Origin: a virus
Taxonomy: Duplodnaviria; Caudoviricetes
Virus record (IMG/VR): IMGVR_UViG_2522572155_000001
Location: 1 to 64,000 of that record
DNA length: 64,000 bases
Reading direction: 5' to 3' (one strand)
Under the pieces are notes generated by a model. The model worked only from the letters and a program-made list of their open reading frames with translations, was not told where the DNA came from and searched no databases. Both the position numbers and the translations under genes were made by a program. Positions 39,259-49,100 of the stretch are shown here, in pieces (the stretch's first letter is position 1; each line of letters begins with the position of its first letter).

Positions 39259-40074
39259 CTACCTATCTGTATCCACGTGCTGGAAGGGAGACGTGGTAGG
39301 CACAAGGGTCATCTCGAAACTCTGGCCGACTGTCCACCGGTTGCCTACGTCACCCGAGTATTCCCGCCTGCCCCTGCGGTCCTGTCCACGGATAGATACA
39401 GGGTTGACCTGCTTGGCCTGGTAGCGCTCGTGGGTCGCCACGATGTTGCCGCTGCGGTCTAGCTCGACGTTGACGATCATGTCGTTGTCGTTCATGTCCG
39501 GCCACCAGGGAGCCTGCGCGGTAGCCGTCTGAACCTTGATGAGGGCACCGGTCGGCGCGAGCTTGAAGAAGTCCTCGGCTGCGTCGGGCTCGATGAAGTA
39601 CGTCAGGTAGCCGCGATCAAAGCCACGATAGAGGGGAGCCGGTACGTGCGCGCTGGACGGCTTGACGGCCGCCTTGACGATCGTCCCGTCCGGCGCGATC
39701 CACTCGCCTGGAGCCGTCTGAACCGAGCAGAAGCCGGTACCCCAGGAGAGTGGGTCGACGGCGCGTGTCTGGCCGTAGGCGTCGGCCATGTTGGGGGAGC
39801 GCTGCGCGAGACCGCTCTCTACGTCCTCGGCGGTGTACATGCGCTTCACCAGGATCGGCTGACCGAAGCGGCGGAATGTGTCGTAGACGGAGCGACGGAG
39901 CCGCTTGATGTCGCGGGGGACATTCTCATTCCCTAGGTACTTTGCGGAAGGCTCCGGCCTGATCCCACGCACCCTCGGCGTGAGCGGCGGGAGGGTGACG
40001 GGAGCTTCCGAAGTCCCACCGGGGTACAGCGTGCTTGCCGGAAAGAGTCCGGTAGACGGATAGAGCATCGGCAA
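39259..40074 (-). CDS. Putative virion structural protein
   Basis: Follows the tail gene; N-terminal LYP/LFP repeats as seen in actinophage tail proteins. Confidence 0.55.
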   Translation of the reverse strand: MPMLYPSTGLFPASTLYPGGTSEAPVTLPPLTPRVRGIRPEPSAKYLGNENVPRDIKRLRRSVYDTFRRFGQPILVKRMYTAEDVESGLAQRSPNMADAYGQTRAVDPLSWGTGFCSVQTAPGEWIAPDGTIVKAAVKPSSAHVPAPLYRGFDRGYLTYFIEPDAAEDFFKLAPTGALIKVQTATAQAPWWPDMNDNDMIVNVELDRSGNIVATHERYQAKQVNPVSIRGQDRRGRREYSGDVGNRWTVGQSFEMTLVPTTSPFQHVDTDR

Positions 40075-40084
40075 GCCAGCGCCC

Positions 40085-42715
40085 TTACAGCAGCGTCCAC
40101 GTCCACGTCGGGGCGGACGAGTACGTGAGTGTGATCGTCTTCCCTGACGGCAACATCACTAGGCCGCTCGTGACGCCGAGCGTCTGGCCGTCTACCGCGA
40201 TTGCGGTAACGGTGCCGCCGCTGACGAGGACGGCAGCGTCACGGAAGAAGGGGTTGGTGAACGGCGTAGCGGAGGCCGGGATTACTGGCGTGGAGGGAGC
40301 CGCGCCAGCGACCCGGTTTAGGTCGGTGATGCGAACGTTCTTCGCCCCACTGACTGTGGGCGCCACGTTGTTGTTGTCGGTGAAGTTGATCTGCCCGACG
40401 AGGCCGTTAGTCGGATCGCTGAACGTCGTACCGGTGCTCGTCTCGATGTTCAGGTTACCGATGAACACGGGGAACTTGCAGCCAGCGTTGACGCTGGTGT
40501 CAATGATGGTATCGCTCGCCTCGACGGAGAGATTGAGGATCGACGCGCCGTGGAAGGCACGTCCTCCTAGTCCGTACAAGCCCAGTGCCTTCTTGGCGAA
40601 CAGGATGCCGATTCGGTTCGCAGCGAGGTGGTCGGTGAGCGTCATACCGGTGTAGAAGCCCGCGCACGAGAACGTGTCAATCGTAACGTTGTCGTTGTTG
40701 CCAACCTTCGGCAGGATCAGACCCGCGCCATTCGGGTTTGTGGGCTTCGCGGCGTTCATCTGTGCCGTCGTCTGGAAGGCGAGCGTCGAGAGGCTCTTGA
40801 CGTCTGCCATCGCGATGCGCTTGAGATTGACTGCGACAAGCCCGGGGTTAGGCGGCGCGATGACCTGGAGTCCGTCGATGACGAGGAGCATGTTGCTCCA
40901 CCCGGACGGGAACGGGCTTGTGGCAATGATCGCGTCTGTCGGGTCGGGGCCGCCGATGATCGACGGGACACCGTAGCTGGGATCAGTTGCGACGCCGGTA
41001 AGCGTACTGCGGAGAATCACACCGTTGTGCTGCGCAACGTCCTGGTTCCAGTGGTTCCAGGTACTCGCGTTGGCGGTCCCCTTGAGGACGAGAGTGAACT
41101 TCTGCTCGTCATCGTCGCAGATCGGGAGCGGGATTTGCGCGTTGCCGAGGGTGGTCCCGCCCTTGATCGTGGGGCCATCGAGGAGGTACTCGCCACGCTC
41201 GGCAGAGAAGATGACCTCGGCGTAGTGGGAGCCATCCGCGCGACCCTGCGCGAACGCCGCCCCGATGGCGTCATTGATTGCCTGCTGGTCGCTGACACCG
41301 GACGCGACGTAATCTTCGACGTAGAAGCGATTGAGTCCCTCTGAGCCCCTCGCAAACGTTACGGGCTGCCAAGTGCCGCTCACGAGCACAGACATGCGCG
41401 CCGAGACAGGGGCGGGCGGCGTCGCGGGGGCAGTCGGGGTCACCGCGTTCGAATCTGCCGATGCGGAGCCCGCGCCGTTAGAGGCAGTCACCGTACAAAG
41501 GATTGCCTGACCCTCGTCGGCGGGCTGAAGGTCGTAGAGGCTCGACGTTGCGCCGGGGATGCTCGTGCCAGCGCGCTTCCACTGGAATGCGAAGCTCGTG
41601 GGCGAGTTGGTCCAGGAGCCATTCGAGCACGCAAGCGTCTGCCCGGTCTCCGCTGTGCCGGTGAGCGCAGGCGCGACGGTGTTTGCCGGAGGGCTGCCAG
41701 CAGGTGCGGTGGGTGTGACGGTGTTCGAATCGGCGGATACGGAGCCGCCCGCATTCGTTGCCGTCACGGTGCACGTCACAGGCTGGCCTTGGTCAGCCAC
41801 CTGGAGAGCGTAGGCGTTAGCGGTCGCGCCGGAGATTACCGCGCCTGCCCGCTTCCACTGGAATGCGTACGCGGATGGGCTATTCGCCCATGTGCCGGTG
41901 GAGCAGGTGAGCGTCTGTCCGGTCTCTGCGACGCCGGTGATGGCGGGAGCGGTCGTATTCGCCGGGGGAGACGTGGTGGCGGTGCCCGCTGCGTAGTGGG
42001 CAGCAACGCGCGTGCTGGAAAGTTCGCCCTTGTAGACGGCAACCTCATCGAGGCGTCCGGCCAGGTTCAATGACGTAGTGCCGCGAGCCATCAGGAATAG
42101 CGTGCCACTCACCTTGAACGTACTGGCGGTGACGAGTGCGTCCTGACGCGAGGTGGTCGTCACGGGCGCTCCATCTACGTACACCTTGATACGGCTCGCG
42201 GAGGCGACAGCCGGATCGGGCGTGTAGACAGCTACCAAGTGGTGCCAGGCCGCAGCGGACATCGCGGAGCGCGGGAACGTGTGACGGACGATCTCGTTGA
42301 GGTTCGTGCGAAAGCCCACGCTAACCGTGTTGGCCTCCGCACCGGTTGCGGAGTTGTTGGGATCGATGACGAATGTCCCGGAGTTCGTTGACCACGCGCC
42401 GCCGAACTCAGCGAGCATCCGATCATCGTTCGAGTAGGCGTCAATCCAGCACCAACATTCGAAGGTGAGGGGTGCTCCGGCTGTCCCTGACAGGTCGAGC
42501 CCGCTACGGTCGGCGTATTCCGTCGAGCCGTTGAACTGTCGAGCCTGATCCGAGTCTGCTGCGAGCGCTCCAGCGACAGCGGTAAGATTGCCCGCAGGAA
42601 TGACAAGGTCCCGCAAACTGATGGTCGGGTTGATCTCATCGTGGATCGGGGTCGAGCCTCCCATCCGGTAATAGAGATGGGGAGTGTCAGCGAGTACTTC
42701 GGTGGTGTAACTCAT
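40085..42715 (-). CDS. Tail fibre / receptor-binding protein: LamG-like domain, two Ig-like repeats, beta-helix-like domain
   Basis: WHHLVAVY..KVYVDG..GRLDEVAVY; PPANTxAPAxTGxAETGQTLxCSxGxWxNSP..FQWKR twice; DQQAINDAI. Confidence 0.8.
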   Translation of the reverse strand: MSYTTEVLADTPHLYYRMGGSTPIHDEINPTISLRDLVIPAGNLTAVAGALAADSDQARQFNGSTEYADRSGLDLSGTAGAPLTFECWCWIDAYSNDDRMLAEFGGAWSTNSGTFVIDPNNSATGAEANTVSVGFRTNLNEIVRHTFPRSAMSAAAWHHLVAVYTPDPAVASASRIKVYVDGAPVTTTSRQDALVTASTFKVSGTLFLMARGTTSLNLAGRLDEVAVYKGELSSTRVAAHYAAGTATTSPPANTTAPAITGVAETGQTLTCSTGTWANSPSAYAFQWKRAGAVISGATANAYALQVADQGQPVTCTVTATNAGGSVSADSNTVTPTAPAGSPPANTVAPALTGTAETGQTLACSNGSWTNSPTSFAFQWKRAGTSIPGATSSLYDLQPADEGQAILCTVTASNGAGSASADSNAVTPTAPATPPAPVSARMSVLVSGTWQPVTFARGSEGLNRFYVEDYVASGVSDQQAINDAIGAAFAQGRADGSHYAEVIFSAERGEYLLDGPTIKGGTTLGNAQIPLPICDDDEQKFTLVLKGTANASTWNHWNQDVAQHNGVILRSTLTGVATDPSYGVPSIIGGPDPTDAIIATSPFPSGWSNMLLVIDGLQVIAPPNPGLVAVNLKRIAMADVKSLSTLAFQTTAQMNAAKPTNPNGAGLILPKVGNNDNVTIDTFSCAGFYTGMTLTDHLAANRIGILFAKKALGLYGLGGRAFHGASILNLSVEASDTIIDTSVNAGCKFPVFIGNLNIETSTGTTFSDPTNGLVGQINFTDNNNVAPTVSGAKNVRITDLNRVAGAAPSTPVIPASATPFTNPFFRDAAVLVSGGTVTAIAVDGQTLGVTSGLVMLPSGKTITLTYSSAPTWTWTLL

Positions 42716-43033
42716 TTATAGGAGCCTTGCGATCCAGAGTGTGTTGGCGGCATAGGCACTCGGATCCGGGGATGCCTCGGCGGGTCCCGTGACTACGATC
42801 TGCACCAAAGCGTCTGCGCCATCGGCTCCGGCAGGACCGGCGGGACCGGCGGGACCCTCAGGACCGGCGGGACCCTCAAGACCGGCGGGACCGGCGGGAC
42901 CGGCGGGACCCTCAGGACCAGGCTGCGTCTCCGCATAGGCAGCTAGGCGCGTCTCAAGATCGATGAGGCCCGCTGCGTCAAGCGGCGTTGAGCTATCGGG
43001 GGAGTTCTTCCACTGCTTCGGCGTGAATGCCAT
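42716..43033 (-). CDS. Collagen-like minor tail/whisker protein
   Basis: (GPA/GPE)n; N-terminal WKNSP..TPLDAAGLIDLE. Confidence 0.8.
   Translation of the reverse strand: MAFTPKQWKNSPDSSTPLDAAGLIDLETRLAAYAETQPGPEGPAGPAGPAGLEGPAGPEGPAGPAGPAGADGADALVQIVVTGPAEASPDPSAYAANTLWIARLL
42825..42919. repeat. 9-bp tandem repeat encoding Gly-Pro-X
   Basis: (GGACCGGCG/GGACCCTCA)n. Confidence 0.9.
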
Positions 43034-43190
43034 ACCACCTATTGAGGTGGCAGAGGTGCACTCGTTCCTTGCCTAGAAACGCGAAAGCCGAGCGAGGCTC
43101 GGGCTCTTCACGGGGCGACGGAGAGGTGTGTCAGACGAACGCGCCGCGCTCACACGTTCAGGGCGCAGCATCACCCCTTACCCCGCCGCA

Positions 43191-46100
43191 TCAGGGCTGA
43201 TGGTAGCCCAGGGCCGTGTGCACATCCTCGACCGGCACCTTGAAGCCCGGATCGGCGTACGGGTTCCGGCTGCCGTTGTGTTCGCTCACCGTGCGGAAGC
43301 GATAGTGTCCGCCCTCGTTGATGAGTTCGTGAGGCGTGCCGTAGGTATCCTTGAACTGCCCGCCGCCCATTCGCATCGCCTGTTCCAGGCTTTCCCGGTC
43401 GTAGTGGTGAGTCTCGGTGCAGGGGTTCGGGTGCTCCTGGGGCTCGACCCACGGGTGATACTCGACCGGCGGTCCGTCGAAGTGGTGATTGAGCCCAATC
43501 GGCTGCCAACCCTGAAAGTCCTCAATTGAGCGTCGGGGGTAGCCTAGCTTCTCGTCAATTGCACGGTGCTCATCCAACTCGTGCTCGGCGTAGCGGTGCG
43601 CGGAACGCGGCCGTCCGCACTGCCCGCACTCGTCGTAGTCGGACCACTGACGCTGATCCTCTACGGTGACGTTGTGCTTGCTCGTGGTGTCGAACACGAC
43701 CGGGTGGCCGTGTTCGGACTCCTTCATCACCGTTAGGTCGCGCGGGGGCGGCGGGCGCTTCTCATCGCCGCGACAGTAGGCACACTTGTCGCTCGGCAGT
43801 CCCATCAGGGTTCCGGTGCCCGGGACGACCTTGTACGTACCGTGACAGTTATGGCACTGGCCGAGGAGATTCACCTTCTTCATGTAAACCAGGAGATCGG
43901 TGTAGTCCTTCCCGTCGTGGATCAGGTCCATACCCGTAGCCGCCTTCTGCTGCTCGATGATGTTTCGGGCCATCGTCTCGGCCTCGGCCTCGGCCTTATC
44001 GGGCGGGAGCGACTTCAGGTACTCGGTAATCAGGTGATTGGGCACCGTATTCGGATCAGGCTCAGGCGTCCAGTCTTCGGGGAAGTAGTCGGGCACGTCG
44101 GACGACAGCTTAGCGCCCGCGAGCAGCCCTGTCACCTGCTGGAGCAGCCCTCGGTTGTCCAGCATCTTGTAGGTGAGGTTCGAGGCGGCGAAGTCCCCCT
44201 TGCCCGCCGCCTGGTCGCGCATCCGCTTGCGGTGTAGCTGCCGGTAGAACATGACGGCCTTGTCGGGCTCGTAGCGCAGCAGCCGATCCATCTTGTCGGC
44301 GTTGATGAGCGCCTGCGTGTATGCCTCGTTCTCCTCGTGCTCGGGATCGTGCGCGAGATCGGGCTGGGGCGGGACGAGCCACTTGTCCTGGATGACGTTG
44401 TAGCCCGAGCGTAGACCGGGCTGGTAGAGGTCGGCGGGCTTGATGCCGCGCGCCACGACGTAGGTCTGTAGCTCATGTGTGGTGCCCGGCATGATGAGGC
44501 CGTCGCACGCCTGGATCATCAGGCCGATCATCTCCGAGCGCGACCACTCGGGGAACTGCTCGGCGTCCACGAACAGCGACACGTCCACGTCCGAGTGATC
44601 GGCGTACTGGTACGTCGTGAGGCTACCGGTGAGATACAGGCTGCCCCACTTCTCGCAGCCCGTGTAACCCGCCTCGCTTAGGATGCTGTAGATCGAGTCC
44701 ATGATCCACAGCCGATGCTCGTGCTTGAGGCGCGGAGTGGGGGAGGCCGGGTCATCCCATACCGTGGGGTCGAGTGTGTCGCGGATCGGGTCGAGGACGT
44801 TGCCCTGGCGCTTCGGGATGCGCGGGTCCGGCTTCACGGAGTCGTTGATGTCCTCCTCGATCACGCGCTTCCACCACGGACCCTCGTATGGGCCGCCGTC
44901 GCTCTCGCCCTCAAACCACATCATGAGGGCGTTCTGCATCGCCTTGTCGGCCATCTCCGGCGTCGTGCCGGGGTGGATCCTCACGAGGCGGTCGATCGCG
45001 TCCTGGCGCGAGAGGTTGTCGCCGTTGACCATGAGGTTCCACGCCGACATCTGGAGATCGGAGTCGGGGTACCGGCGGAAGTCAGTGGCAACACGCGCCG
45101 CACGTAGCTGCGACGGGGGTACGATGTTCTCCTCGCCCGTCTCGGCGTGCACAACGCTGACAAGCGGCTCGTGCGGGTCATTGACGATGTCGGTCACATA
45201 GTGCGGCTGACCGTTGAGGAGAACGCGCTGCCCGTGCGTAAGCTGGCGCTGGAAGAGTGCCTGTGCGTCCTCCGTCGACACCGGCTGAGCCATCGGGTGC
45301 TCCGCGTTGGTGAAGACGTGATCGCACGCGCCCTGCTCGCAGCGCTGTAGCTGGCGCCTGATGTTTCCAATCTGGACCGGGACCGGCTGTCCTCGGCCGC
45401 CGCCATGGACGCTGCCGAAGCCGGTAACGATGTGGCGGTTGCCGTTCGCGTCGGGCCACGAGTACATCGGGTGGCCCTGGGCGTTGTACTTGTCCAAGGA
45501 CCAGTGCGGCATCTCGGCCGCCATGAAGTCGGCCTCGGACTTATAGTTCGCGGCTAGGCGTGATTGAGCGTCCGGCAGTGCGGACAGACGCCTGTCGGCC
45601 CGGGCAGCGCGATCGGCTCCCGGCAGCCCGAGCAGGTCACGACGGTCGTCCGGCCGCCCTGCGCCGATGTGAGTGCGATCTTCTTCATGCTCGTTACGCG
45701 ATTGTACCGGGCCGCCCTGTAGTGGTCCATGGCGCTTCGCCACGGTACGGTCAAACAATGTCTCCTGCCCCGGTGGCGTCCTCTTCGGCCTCGGCCGAGG
45801 GTCGTAGGGCTCAATTGACCGCCACCTCGGGATCAGTGCGCCGCCGAGGTGGTTGTAGTACTGCGCGGCGATCGGGTCAATCTCCTGGTGGAACTCCAGC
45901 GGACGGAGCTTGCGCCAATCCGCTACGCCGTTGTCGGCCATGTGCTCGGTCAGGGCTTCGCGAAGATAGTCCTCGTGACCGGCCTCCTTCGCGTGCTGGA
46001 GGAGGAAGTTCGCCCATTCGGGACGGTAGCCCGGCTGTACCTGGACGCGCTGGTTCCGCCCGTCCTGCCACGTGTTCCACGACGACTCGAACCGGTCAGG

Positions 46101-49100
46101 CTCAATCATCGAGCCGATGATCTTCTCGTAGTTCGGGTCCCCGATCTCTAGGTCGGGTCCCTCGACGCCATGCTCGTCGGCGTCGCCCTGCGCGATCCGG
46201 TAATCCTCGGGCTCGTTCTCGTACCACTGATCCTGCGCATACGGGTGCATATCCGGCAGATGGTGTTCGCGGCCACCCACGTAGCCGCCGTTGTACCCGA
46301 CCAACTGTGTGAGAGATTCGGGACCGTCCATGTGGTAGGTGTCATCCCACCACGGCTGGTAGGCAGCCGCCTCGGCGCCCTTCGTCCCGAGGTACTCGTT
46401 CATGCGGTCGTTGTACTCGTCGTCCACGTCCTGGTTGGAGCGACCCTTGTACTCCGTCGTCTCCGACCCGGGACCGACCCGGGCGCGGATCACGCCGCCG
46501 CAGTGATCGCACTGCTGGCCATGACCGTATCGACCGTAGTCATGTCCACAGTTGGCGCACTCGGCGTGATCCGGCGTCATCTGGAGCGTAGCGTGGGGAT
46601 GGTTCTTGCGGTCGCGAAGCGACAGGAAGACAGAACTGCCTAGCTCTGCATCATCGCCATAGCTCCCAACGCAATGGCCCATCATGTCGCCCTCGTCGCG
46701 CATCTCATGCCGGTTGTTCAACTGCCGCACGGTCCAGCCGTCAGGGAACTCGTGAACAACCTCACCGAGATCCTTGCGGGCCTTAGCCTCCTGGTCGGCG
46801 CGCCAGTCGGTAATGCGGGTCAGTAACTCCGGCGCACCCAACTGCATGATGTCGATGCCCTGACGGGCCTTCTTCATCTGATCGAGGTCGCGCTGAATCT
46901 CGGCCAGCGTCTGCGGGTTGAGCGGGGACTGCCCGGGACCGGGGACGCCAAGTCCTCCCACATCATTTGGGATCAGGCGTCCCTTACGCCACTCACGAAC
47001 GACCCAGGGGAGCAGCTTGTCGGCCTGGCGGTAGCCCTGTTCATCAAGGAAACGCAGGAACTCCTCACCCTCCGGCGTCTGCATGTCCGGGCGCGCGGCG
47101 AGCCAGTCGAACTTGGACGCGGTGCGCCCCATGTAGGTGTGTGCGCCCCACGGGCAGGTGCACGGCTGCCCGGTGGTGATGTGCGAGTGCGGGCGTCGCT
47201 TCACGCTCTTGTGAGGCGTTGCGCCCTGGCGGGGCGTCAAGCCCTCCGGCAGAACGCGCGGGTCAACCTCGCCCGGCACCGCGCCCATGTCCTCGAAGGG
47301 GTACTCACGGCCGGGCACAGGATCATCGCCGCCGACCATCTGGCGGTGTCCGCACCCAAGGCACAGGAGAGTTGGAACGCCGGTCTGTTCGAGGTACATC
47401 TGGTGCTCGCCGCATTCGGGGCATAGCAGCCACTCTTCGTCTACAGAGGCCCACTTAGAGGGCGTTACCGAGCCAGTCGTAGGTCCTAGAGGGTGCTCGG
47501 TTTCCGGAAGGGCGCGCAAGGCATCGCCCAGTGGCGCAATTAGCTGCTCGTGCATCTTCATGCGATCCCCAAAGGTGTAACCGGACGAGCAGCCGTTGCA
47601 CACGTAGCCGTTCATCTCAGGCACGATCGAGAGGTCGCTGCCGCACCTCGGGCACGGGGCACCGAACTGCATCAGGTAGGGCCTCTTGGGCGGGTTGACA
47701 GCAGATGTCTTAGAGGGCGTTACCTCGCCGTCCTGGTCGTCAACTAGGCGCAGGCGCTCAGGAGCGATGTGGGTGACATCGCTCTGCCAGGCGCCAGGGC
47801 GACCCCTGCCTGGCGCGGGGTCCCAGTAGTCCGCCGGAACCTGCTTGAACCACGGATCGCGCTTCAGCCTACCGACAGCGCGAGGATGAACCTCCCACAA
47901 GTCGTGCGGCTCGATGCCGTTACAAATCTCGGCGTAACGCCGCGCCTCTGGGAGGTTGTCCCAGAAGTGCATCGGGTTGCCCGTAACGGGGTTGGGGACC
48001 ATACCCTCAGCAAGCACCTGCTCGCGTATGGAGGAAGGCAGAAGCCTGTAGTACGGACGTACGCGCGCCGAGGCGACAGAGGACCGACGAGTCATCTTCT
48101 CCCAATGCTCGTACGTCGGGGCAAAGCGCAGACCGCCTCCAGCGAAGCGTCTCGCCTTCTCGATGGCATTCGGGTCAGGAGACCTACTGTCGCTCAGGGT
48201 GTACCACCCGCTCGGATGGATGACAATAGGACACTCGTAGTCCTGCGGCCAGGGGCAACGGGTCGCAGCTACATCGTCGTGGTGCGGGGCCAGCCCCGGA
48301 GCGCGGACGTTCCACATCACGGGCTCGTTGTTGACGAGGAAGCCCTTGCCCCACTCGCCGGGAGTCCAGTCCATGTGGAGCGGCGTCGAGGCCGTGCGCT
48401 CCTGGTCTACAGAAGATGCCTTAGCGGGCGCCGCCGGGATGTACGCCGGGAGATGCGTATCTCCGCGACGATGCGCGACGGTGGCACGATGCCAGCCATC
48501 GAGCAAGGTGCCCTCATGGTCGATGACCACTTCGGGCATCGGCCCAGGCATCTGCGCGAGGCTATTCACCCGGTCGGGCTCCACGTCCAGGGAGCCCACC
48601 CCGGCGATGCTCGCCAGCGGGTGTTGTGTGCGCGTCCAAGAGGGATGCTGGTGGATCTTGCGCTCCATGCGCTCCCACCAGATGTCGTTATCCACCCGAG
48701 AGCGTCCACGCGAGCCCTTGTGGAGGGCACGCATGTGCTCCATAACCTGCTCAGGTGAGATCACGGCCACAGACTCTACAGAACCGCCATTAGGGGGCGC
48801 TGACGCCATCCGGCTCCAGTCGCGAACCTTGTTCTTGAGCCACGGGTTATCCCAATGGAAGGCGTCAATCGGCTGGCCACCCGCACGAAGCTCCTCGGTG
48901 AGCCGGTTGAACAGACCCTTCCCACGGTGCTCAGGATGCGTGTACGCCGAGCCAAGCATGATGCCGCCTGGCACACCCTGCCAGGTCACGCTCGCGACCG
49001 GCTCGCCGTTGTAGTACGCGACGCGACCGTCGCCCTGGCCATGCTTCGTCGTCAGCGTGTCACCGCCACGGCTATCGAAGCGCGGGACGAAGGTCCCGGT

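Noticed and set aside
41430-41970. Duplicated tail-protein segments as a DGR template/variable repeat pair
   Set aside because: Both are in-frame Ig-like domains, differences are not adenine-specific, and no reverse transcriptase is present
42825-42919. Tandem repeat as a regulatory array or CRISPR
   Set aside because: Fully explained by collagen Gly-Pro-X coding
46627-46648. GCTAGGCAGTTCTGTC partial match to the repeat
   Set aside because: Wrong spacing and lies inside a PcfJ domain; probably chance
48071-48097. Seventh dif-like site between the WTPG and second ART domains
   Set aside because: Only the right arm (CTCTGTCGCC) resembles the consensus; not counted
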